NCBI GenBank assembly: GCA_035719255.1
Contig: DASTGF010000084.1
Coordinates: forward strand, 1-46,934
DNA: 46,934 nt
Reading direction: 5' to 3'
Source of the DNA: Microlunatus sp.
GTDB lineage: Bacteria; Actinomycetota; Actinomycetes; Propionibacteriales; Propionibacteriaceae
Shown: positions 1 through 7,697 of the stretch, in pieces
How positions within the stretch are numbered: the first letter of the stretch is position 1
How the letters are laid out: each line of letters begins with the position of its first letter
Position numbers and translations under genes: made by a program
The notes under the pieces: model-generated
Told to the model about the DNA's origin: nothing
The model's database searches: none
What the model saw: the letters and a program-made list of their open reading frames with translations, nothing else

Positions 1-680
1 GGCAGCAGGTGCCGGAGATCGAGATCCTCGGCAACCTGGCCGCCGAACGGCTCTCGATCGTCTCGTTCGTGATCCGGCGGCGCGACGCCGGGGGTCGGCC
101 CGGGGCCTACCTGCACCACAACGTGGTGGTGGCGCTGCTCAATGACCTCTTCGGCATCCAGTCCCGCGGCGGCTGCTCCTGCGCCGGCCCGTACGGTCAC
201 CGGCTGCTCGGCATCGACCTCGAGCGGTCGCACGCCTTCGAGCGCGAGATCAGTGGCGGCTGCGAGGGGATCAAGCCCGGTTGGGTCCGGGTGAATCTCA
301 ACTACTTCGTCTCCGAGGCGGTGGTGGACTACATCGCCGCGGCGGTGACCTTCGTCGCCCGGGAGGGTTGGCGACTGCTCGGCGACTATCGCTTCGACCC
401 GGCCACCGGCCGCTGGCACCACCGCGCCGGGCCGGTTGAACCGCCGCTGCGCCTCAGCCAGGTCTCCTACGACCCGCAGACCGGCGCCATGCACTATCCC
501 CACCACGACGAGCCGGTGCCGGAAAGCGCCCTCGCGGGCTATCTGGTCGAGGCTGAACGGATCGTGGCGGAACGCGGAAGCGGCACGCCAGAGGATCTGC
601 CGGGTCCGCACGCACCGGTGAGCGCCGACTTCGAGCACCTCCGCTGGTTCGAGTTGCCCGCCGTCTGCCTGCACAGCTGA
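1..680 (+). CDS. Class V PLP-dependent aminotransferase / cysteine desulfurase-like protein, C-terminal part (5' end outside window)
   Basis: Motifs LLNDLFGIQSRGGCSCAGPYGHRLLG and KPGWVRVNL; frame is open to the window edge. Confidence 0.8.
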   Translation, partial: QQVPEIEILGNLAAERLSIVSFVIRRRDAGGRPGAYLHHNVVVALLNDLFGIQSRGGCSCAGPYGHRLLGIDLERSHAFEREISGGCEGIKPGWVRVNLNYFVSEAVVDYIAAAVTFVAREGWRLLGDYRFDPATGRWHHRAGPVEPPLRLSQVSYDPQTGAMHYPHHDEPVPESALAGYLVEAERIVAERGSGTPEDLPGPHAPVSADFEHLRWFELPAVCLHS

Positions 681-757
681 CTTCCTCGAAGTTTTGCTGC
701 GCGGCGGCGGAACTCGCGCAAGAATGCAGTCACCTGCCTCCCCCCGAAGGCCCACAC

Positions 758-3385
758 ATGCCCCCGTATCGCCGCCTTGTCAGCACCTGCGCCGCAGCCG
801 CCCTGGTGGCCGCCTGTCTTCCCGCCGGGTCGGCCTCCGCCGCCCCACCGGGCGCCGAGCATCGACCGGACCTGCAGACGATCATTCCGACCGACGCCTT
901 CTCAGTGGTCGGTTCCGGCGCGGACCGGGAGTTCCGCTACACCCACCTGATCTACGACGCGGGTCCGGGTCCACTCGAGATCCAGCCGAGCTATGACCAG
1001 GCGATCGGCGGCTATCGGGGTCGGCAATTGCTCTTCACCCACGACTCCGCCGGAACCTGGTCACCAACGCGCACCGTGCGGGTCCCGGACGTCTTCGTCT
1101 ACCACGCCGAGCACGGTCACTTCCACTTCCCGCTGGCGAGCTTCGGGCTGTACGCAGTCGCACCGGACGGTGGATCCGGCGCCCCCGTCGCGCTGTCGCC
1201 GAAGGTCGGCTTCTGCATCGACGACTCCTACATCTACAACTCCACGATCGAGCACGGCGGCACCTTCATCGGCTCCCGGAGCAGTTGCGCCGACCCGAGC
1301 GGGCTGCGCGGCATCTCCGTCGGCGGCGCCGACGAGTACGACTATCGCGACCCCGGCCAGGCGATCCCGATCGGCGGGGTGCCGGACGGGACGTACTGGT
1401 TCAAGGCGATGAGCGACCCGAACAACGACGTGGTCGAGGCCGACGAGAGCAACAACGAGACCGACGTCAAGGTCACCATCGACCACGGTGCGGTGACGGT
1501 GGGGCAGGTCGTCCGTCCGGACACCACGCCGCCGACCGGTGCCATCTCCGTCCCGGCCGACGGCAGCGTGCTGTCGGGGGTGGCACGGGTAAGCGTCACC
1601 AGCCCCACCGCGAACGTGCGCCGGGTCGACTTCGTCGCCGACGGCGTCGTGGTCGGCAGCTCGACGGCGACCACGGGACCGTGGACGTACGACTGGAACA
1701 CCGCTACCGCGGTCGACGGGGAGCACTGGTTGTCGGCGCGGATCACCGACAGCGCCGGCCGGACCGGCAACACCGGCGTCACCGCGGTCACCGTCTCGAA
1801 CGCCGCCCCACCCGACCCCGCCTCCGGACTGGCGGTGATCCGCAGCGTCAGCTCCGATGGGCGCGACACGCAGACCGCAGACCTCGGCACCGGCCTGGAG
1901 AGCGGGGATCAGCTGCTCGCGCTGGTCAGCTCCGACGGGCCGGCGGACCGCGCACAGTCCTCGGTCGTCACCGGCGGAGGACTCACCTGGTCGCTGGTCC
2001 GCCGAGCCAACGGACAACCCGGGACCAGCGAGGCGTGGACGGCGACCGTTCCGGCCGGCGCCGGACCGATCACGATCACCGCCACCCCGCAACAGGCCGG
2101 CTACGACCAGTCGCTGACCGTGCTCGACTTCCGCGGCGCGGCCGGGGTCGGCGCCTCCGCCGCCACCGGGTCCGCCTCAGGAGCCCCGAGCGCCACGCTG
2201 ACGACCACCAGAGCCGGCTCGTGGGTCTTCGGCGCCGGAAACGACTGGAACCAAGCGGTTGGACGGACCACCGGTAGCGGCCAAGAGCTGCGGCACCAGT
2301 GGATCGACAGCAGCGTCGGCGACACGTTCTGGGCCCAGTCCCAGGCGACGCCGACCCGCGCGGCGGGCACCAGCGTCACCCTCGACGACCCGGCCCCCGC
2401 CGGCTCTCGCTGGAACCTGGCGGCCGTCGAGATCCTGCCGTCGTCGGCGCCGCGGGACACGACGAAACCTGTCGTGGCGATCACCGACCCCGAACCGGGC
2501 AGCACTCTTCGCGGGACGGTGAACATCGGCGCCACGGCGGCCGACGACACCGCGGTCACGGCCGTACGGTTCTTCATCGACGGCCAGCAGATCGGCTCAG
2601 CGGACACCAAGCCGCCGTTCGCCATCGCCTGGCCGACGACCGGCAGCGCCAAGGGTCGACACACGATCACCGCCGAGGCGAGCGACCCGGCCGGCAATGT
2701 CGGTGTCTCCGCGGGCGTCGTGGTCAGTGTCGACAACTCGGGACCACCGCCGGCCAAGATCGCGATCGAGACCAAGTCCAGCAAGCACGGCCGGAGCAAG
2801 GTCAAGACTTCCCAGATCACGACCAAGCACGCTGGTGACCTGATCGTGGCATTCGTCGCGTTCGACGGCCCGAAAGCGAGCAGCCAGGCGGCGAAGGTGT
2901 CCGGTGCTGGACTGACCTGGACCCTGGTCAAGCGGTCCAACACCCAGCACGGGGTCTCCGAGGTCTGGTCGGCTCGAGCCAAGGACACCGTGAAGAAGCA
3001 ACGGATCACAGCCCAAGCCGCCCACTCCGGCTACGACGGGATGGTCACCGTGCTTGCCTTCCGCAATGCCGCGGGGACCGGTGTCGCCGGCGCCGCGGGT
3101 GCCCCGAGGAGCGCGCCGTCGATCTACCTGCCCGCGGTCGCTGACGCGTCGTGGGTGTTCGCGGTGGGCAACGACTGGGACCGCGCGGTCGGTCGGGTTC
3201 CGGTGCCTGATCAGGTGCTCCAGCACCAGTGGCGCGACACCAGGGCGAAGAGCACCTTCTGGGTGCAGTCCACCGCCCAGCCGGCGAGCCGGGCCGGGCT
3301 GGTCACGATCGCGGACAAGAGCCCGACGACGGACCGCTGGAACTACACCGCCGTGGAGGTGCGGGCGGCCCCGGGCAAGGGCTGA
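758..3385 (+). CDS. Secreted lysyl oxidase (LOX)-family protein with two tandem [Ig-like + beta-sandwich] modules
   Basis: Signal peptide (RR, hydrophobic core, ASA|A); LOX motifs YHAEHGHFH, KVGFCIDD, GISVGGADEY, GTYWF..DPNNDVVEADESNN; two DTTxP-initiated Ig-like domains, each followed by a ~210-aa repeated domain (GLTWxLV, WVFxxGNDW, HQW, TFW, RWN). Confidence 0.85.
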   Translation: MPPYRRLVSTCAAAALVAACLPAGSASAAPPGAEHRPDLQTIIPTDAFSVVGSGADREFRYTHLIYDAGPGPLEIQPSYDQAIGGYRGRQLLFTHDSAGTWSPTRTVRVPDVFVYHAEHGHFHFPLASFGLYAVAPDGGSGAPVALSPKVGFCIDDSYIYNSTIEHGGTFIGSRSSCADPSGLRGISVGGADEYDYRDPGQAIPIGGVPDGTYWFKAMSDPNNDVVEADESNNETDVKVTIDHGAVTVGQVVRPDTTPPTGAISVPADGSVLSGVARVSVTSPTANVRRVDFVADGVVVGSSTATTGPWTYDWNTATAVDGEHWLSARITDSAGRTGNTGVTAVTVSNAAPPDPASGLAVIRSVSSDGRDTQTADLGTGLESGDQLLALVSSDGPADRAQSSVVTGGGLTWSLVRRANGQPGTSEAWTATVPAGAGPITITATPQQAGYDQSLTVLDFRGAAGVGASAATGSASGAPSATLTTTRAGSWVFGAGNDWNQAVGRTTGSGQELRHQWIDSSVGDTFWAQSQATPTRAAGTSVTLDDPAPAGSRWNLAAVEILPSSAPRDTTKPVVAITDPEPGSTLRGTVNIGATAADDTAVTAVRFFIDGQQIGSADTKPPFAIAWPTTGSAKGRHTITAEASDPAGNVGVSAGVVVSVDNSGPPPAKIAIETKSSKHGRSKVKTSQITTKHAGDLIVAFVAFDGPKASSQAAKVSGAGLTWTLVKRSNTQHGVSEVWSARAKDTVKKQRITAQAAHSGYDGMVTVLAFRNAAGTGVAGAAGAPRSAPSIYLPAVADASWVFAVGNDWDRAVGRVPVPDQVLQHQWRDTRAKSTFWVQSTAQPASRAGLVTIADKSPTTDRWNYTAVEVRAAPGKG

Positions 3386-3472
3386 GCTGCAAGGGATGAC
3401 CGGCTGGGCAATCGCGCAGGCGTGGTGGAAGGATCGCTGCGAGACCCGCGATCGACTCCTGAGGAGACCCTG

Positions 3473-6331
3473 GTGAGCGACAGCGCAACACCGATCGAAG
3501 TGTCCGCGACTCCGCGCCCCGAGCTCCAGATCATCTCCCGCCGCGTCTACCGCGGGCCCAACGTGTGGCACTACGAGCCCGCCATCCACCTCATCGTCGA
3601 CCTCGGTGTCCTGGAGGATTTCCCGACCGACAAGATCCCCGGGTTCACCGACAGCCTGCTCGAGCGGCTGCCGAAGCTGCAGAACCACACCTGCAGCCGG
3701 GGCCGCCAGGGCGGCTTCGTCGAGCGACTCCGGGAGGGCACCTGGCTCGGCCATGTGGCCGAGCACGTGGCCCTGCAGCTCCAGCAGGAGGTCGGCCACG
3801 ACATGCGGCGCGGCAAGACCCGACAGGTCAAGGGCGAGCGCGGCCGCTACAACGTGATCTACGCCTACTTCGACGAAGGCGTCGGGCTGGCGGCCGGCGA
3901 GCTCGCCGTGGGGCTGGTCAACGATCTGGTCGCGCATGATCCCGACTTCGACTTCGACTCCGAACTCGAGCAGTTCATCGTGCGCGGCGAACGGTCGGCT
4001 TTCGGACCGTCCACCCAGGCGCTGGTGGACGAGGCAGTGAGCCGGGACATTCCCTACATCCGGTTGAACACGGCGTCGCTGGTCCAGCTCGGTCAGGGTG
4101 TCCACCAGAAACGGATCCGGGCAACCATGACGTCGCACACTTCCTCGGTGGCGGTCGACATCGCCAGCAACAAGGAGCTGACCTTGTCGCTGCTGTCCGC
4201 CGCCGGCCTGCCGGTGCCCCGCTCCCAGTCGGTGCGTGGAGTCGAGGACGCGGTCCGGCTGGCGAACCGGATCGGCTTCCCGGTCGTGGTGAAGCCGCTG
4301 GACGGTAACCACGGCCGTGGGGTGATGCTCGACCTGCGCAGCGACGACGCGGTCCGGGCCGCCTTCCCGGTCGCCAAGGAGGAGTCACGCAACGGGTGGG
4401 TGATCGTCGAGACCCACGTCACCGGCAAGGACTACCGCTGCCTGGTGATTGACGGCCGGATCGCCGCGATCGCCGAGCGGGTGCCCGCTCACGTCGTCGG
4501 CGACGGCACCTCCACCATCGCCGAGCTCGTCGAGCAGACCAATGCCGACCCGCGGCGCGGCGTCGGTCACGAGAAGGTCCTGACCCGGATCAAGGTCGAC
4601 CGGGCTGCCGTCGACCTCGTCCGCGAGCAGGGCTACGGACTGGACGACGTGCCGCCGGACGGTGAGATGGTCAAGCTCACCCTTACCGGCAACATGTCCA
4701 CCGGCGGCATTTCCATCGACCGGACGTTCGAGGCGCACCCTGAGAACATCGAGATCGCCGAGGAAGCGGCCCGGGTCGTCGGGCTGGACATCGCCGGCAT
4801 CGACTTCATCGCTCCCGATATCACCCAGCCGGTGCGGGAGACCGGCGGAGGCATCGTCGAGGTGAACGCTGCTCCGGGCTTCCGGATGCACACGCATCCG
4901 ACGATCGGCGATCCTCAGTACATCGCCAAGCCGGTGATCGACATGCTCTTCCCGCCGGGTGCACCCAGCCGGATCCCGATCGTCGCGGTGACCGGCACCA
5001 ACGGCAAGACCACCACGTCCCGGATGATCGCCCACATCTTCAAGGGGATCGGCAAGAAGGTGGGCATGACCTCCACCGACGGCGTGGTCGTGGACGAGCG
5101 CTTGATCATCCGGGCGGACGCCTCCGGACCGCGCTCGGCCAAGATGGTGCTGCAGAACCCGCGGGTCGACTTCGCCGTCTTCGAGGTGGCCCGCGGCGGC
5201 ATCCTCCGCGAGGGTCTGGGATATGAGCGCAACGACGTAGGGGTGGTGCTCAACGTCCAACCTGATCATCTCGGTCTGCGTGGCATCGACACCCTGGAGC
5301 AGCTCGCCGACGTCAAGGCCGTCGTGGTGGAAGCCGTACCCCGCAACGGGTTCGCGGTGCTCAACGCCGACGACCCGCTGGTCCGGCCGATGCGGCGGCG
5401 GTGCTCCGGCCGGATCGTCTGGTTCAGCCTGGCCGAGCCCGGTAGCGAGGTGCGGGCGTCGGTCGATGATCATTGCCGGCGCGGCGGCACGGCCGTCGTG
5501 CTGGAGCACAGTGACAAGGGCGACATGATCATCGTCAAGCAGGCCCAGCGCTCCATGCAGCTCGCGTGGACCCACCTACTGCCGTCCACCTTCGGCGGCC
5601 GGGCCATCATGAACGTGCAGAACGCGATGGCTGCGGCGGCGGCCGCGTTCGCCGCCGGCGCCTCGTTGCACGACATCCGGCAGGGACTGCGGACCTTCTC
5701 GACGAACTACTACCTGGCTCCCGGCCGGTTGAACGAGGTCAGTGTCGAGGGCCGGACGGTGATCGTCGACTATGCGCACAACGCTCCCGGGCTGCGGGCG
5801 CTCGGCGACTTCGTGGACAAGACCGGGGACGCCTTGGACGCGGCCACCGAGCTCGGCCATATCACCCGGATCGGCGTGATCGCCACGGCCGGCGACCGGC
5901 GGGACGCCGACATGCGCGAGCTCGGCCAGGTCGCCGCCCGACACTTCGACGTGGTGATCATCCGCGAGGACACCAACCGGCGCGGGCGCGCGTCCGGGGA
6001 GGTCGCCGCGCTGGTCGCCGAGGGAGTCCGCTCTGAGCAGGGCGACGGCATCCGGTGCAAGCAGCTCGAGGTGGTGCTCGACGAGCTGGAGGCGACCCGG
6101 CACGCGATCACCATCTCCAACCCGGGCGACCTGATCGTCGTCTGCGTCGATCAGCACGCCGCGGTGATGGGCGTGCTGGAGTCGTACGGTAAGCAGGCCC
6201 AGCCCGGAGCCCGACGCGAGCGCGAGGGCGAGCTCGACAACGCCGTCGCTGATCCGGACTTCTTGCCCCCGGCAGGCGGAGACGACGCCCCGCCCACCCA
6301 CCTCGCGGGATCGCGACGGCCCGCAGACTAG
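3473..6331 (+). CDS. cphA: Cyanophycin synthetase (CphA1 type; N, G and M domains)
   Basis: N domain RGPNVW...HTC...GHVAEH; ATP-grasp VVVKPLDGNHGRGV, NMSTGG, EVNAAPGFRMH; Mur-ligase TGTNGKTTT, EVARGG, DHLG, VDYAHN. Start set at GTG 3473 after SD GAGGAG (ORF track starts at 3422). Confidence 0.95.
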   Translation: MSDSATPIEVSATPRPELQIISRRVYRGPNVWHYEPAIHLIVDLGVLEDFPTDKIPGFTDSLLERLPKLQNHTCSRGRQGGFVERLREGTWLGHVAEHVALQLQQEVGHDMRRGKTRQVKGERGRYNVIYAYFDEGVGLAAGELAVGLVNDLVAHDPDFDFDSELEQFIVRGERSAFGPSTQALVDEAVSRDIPYIRLNTASLVQLGQGVHQKRIRATMTSHTSSVAVDIASNKELTLSLLSAAGLPVPRSQSVRGVEDAVRLANRIGFPVVVKPLDGNHGRGVMLDLRSDDAVRAAFPVAKEESRNGWVIVETHVTGKDYRCLVIDGRIAAIAERVPAHVVGDGTSTIAELVEQTNADPRRGVGHEKVLTRIKVDRAAVDLVREQGYGLDDVPPDGEMVKLTLTGNMSTGGISIDRTFEAHPENIEIAEEAARVVGLDIAGIDFIAPDITQPVRETGGGIVEVNAAPGFRMHTHPTIGDPQYIAKPVIDMLFPPGAPSRIPIVAVTGTNGKTTTSRMIAHIFKGIGKKVGMTSTDGVVVDERLIIRADASGPRSAKMVLQNPRVDFAVFEVARGGILREGLGYERNDVGVVLNVQPDHLGLRGIDTLEQLADVKAVVVEAVPRNGFAVLNADDPLVRPMRRRCSGRIVWFSLAEPGSEVRASVDDHCRRGGTAVVLEHSDKGDMIIVKQAQRSMQLAWTHLLPSTFGGRAIMNVQNAMAAAAAAFAAGASLHDIRQGLRTFSTNYYLAPGRLNEVSVEGRTVIVDYAHNAPGLRALGDFVDKTGDALDAATELGHITRIGVIATAGDRRDADMRELGQVAARHFDVVIIREDTNRRGRASGEVAALVAEGVRSEQGDGIRCKQLEVVLDELEATRHAITISNPGDLIVVCVDQHAAVMGVLESYGKQAQPGARREREGELDNAVADPDFLPPAGGDDAPPTHLAGSRRPAD

Positions 6332-6402
6332 GGTGGATCGTCGGTGGCAGGGTCGGCGCGGCCCCCCGGGCGCCGTACGTCGTCGATCCGGAAGGTGTTG
6401 AG

Positions 6403-6618
6403 GTGGGAATCGGACTGGGCATCCTGCTCATCGTGGTGGGGTTGATCTTGATGTTCGCCGTCAACGTCAACATCCCGTACGTCGCCGACGACACCTTGGG
6501 CCTCATCCTGGTGATCGGCGGTGTGCTGGCCATCGTGCTCGTCTTGGTGCTGAATGCGCAGCGGTCGCGGACCAAGCACGTCCAGGAGAACCGGTACGAC
6601 GGGCCGCCCCCGCGCTGA
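6403..6618 (+). CDS. Small two-TM actinobacterial membrane protein (DUF6458-like)
   Basis: MGIGLGILLIVVGLILMFAV...LGLILVIGG, two hydrophobic helices; SD-like GAAGG upstream. Confidence 0.75.
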   Translation: MGIGLGILLIVVGLILMFAVNVNIPYVADDTLGLILVIGGVLAIVLVLVLNAQRSRTKHVQENRYDGPPPR

Positions 6619-6687
6619 ACGCGTCGTGGTTGGCCCGCGGCCATCGAGCCGGGAGACAGGTCAGCGGACGCCTGAAGGCCGTACGCG

Positions 6688-6707
6688 GGCGGGACGATCG
6701 CCCCTGT
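6688..6707. promoter_or_regulatory. Candidate DosR/DevR-type box upstream of the universal stress protein
   Basis: GGGAC-GATC-GCCCC at 6691-6704 fits the GGGAC-N4-G(T/N)CCC core, about 110 bp upstream of a USP gene. Confidence 0.45.
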
Positions 6708-6816
6708 CGGGCCGGCCTCCGGAGGAGAAGTCTGGACCCTGAGAAAGCATCAACCGCCGACTCCCTGTCGGCCGGCGGCGTGTCAGGGACCGGACGCATC
6801 CGGAAGGAGACCCGAG

Positions 6817-7686
6817 ATGACGCAGACCCAGAGCGCGACCGCCGGTCGCGAGACGAACCGTCGGCGGATCCTCGTGGGAGTGGACGACTCCCCTGAAGCC
6901 CGGGCGGCCGCCGCCTACGCAGCCGACGTGGCCGCACACGTCACGGGCAGCGAGCTGCTGCTCGCTCACGCGTACGAGACCTGGCCCGAGGGCACCAACG
7001 ACCCCGCCGTCGATCAGCTTCGAGCCCGCACGCACGACGAGGCCGCCGAGCTCGTGGAGAAGATCGCCGAAGAGCTCCGCGAGACCAGCCGCGTACCGAT
7101 CACCACGGTGATCAGCACCGAACGGCCCGGTCCGATGCTCGGCCGGCTCGCCCAGGAATCCCGGATGGTCGTGGTCGGCCAGGACACCGCGGGTCTGCTG
7201 GACCGGCTGGCGTTCGGCTCGGTGGCAGCTCATCTGGCCGCCACCGCACCGTGCCCGGTCGCCGTGGTGCCGGCGCCATGGCATCGCAAGCAGTTCGGCT
7301 TCCATCCGGTGGTCGTCGCCGTCAGCGGAGAGGGCATGTCCCCCGCCACGCTGGCCGCCGCTTTCGACGAGGCCGAGCACACCGGAACCGAGGTGCTGGC
7401 ACTGCACGCCATGCCGTACTTCGCCTCCGCCGAGGAAGCCGAACGGCACCAGCGCGATCTCACCGAGATCGTGACTGCTGCCCAGCGGCACCATCCGGGG
7501 ATCAACGTCCAGACGATGCTCGTCCGTGGCGCGCCCGACGAGCACCTGGTGAAGCAGTCGGTCAACGCCTGCGCCGCGTTCGTCGGCCGACCCGAACGCA
7601 CGGGGTTGACGTCGTGGCTGCGCTCGGTGGCGCATGCGGTGGTCAAGCGGACACACTGCCCACTGATCGTGGTGCCGGCCGGCTGA
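6817..7686 (+). CDS. Universal stress protein (tandem USP domains)
   Basis: RILVGVDDSPE, FGSVAAHLAATAPCPVAVVP, SVAHAVVKRTHCPLIVVP; SD AAGGAG. Confidence 0.92.
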   Translation: MTQTQSATAGRETNRRRILVGVDDSPEARAAAAYAADVAAHVTGSELLLAHAYETWPEGTNDPAVDQLRARTHDEAAELVEKIAEELRETSRVPITTVISTERPGPMLGRLAQESRMVVVGQDTAGLLDRLAFGSVAAHLAATAPCPVAVVPAPWHRKQFGFHPVVVAVSGEGMSPATLAAAFDEAEHTGTEVLALHAMPYFASAEEAERHQRDLTEIVTAAQRHHPGINVQTMLVRGAPDEHLVKQSVNACAAFVGRPERTGLTSWLRSVAHAVVKRTHCPLIVVPAG

Positions 7687-7697
7687 CCCGCGAGAAC

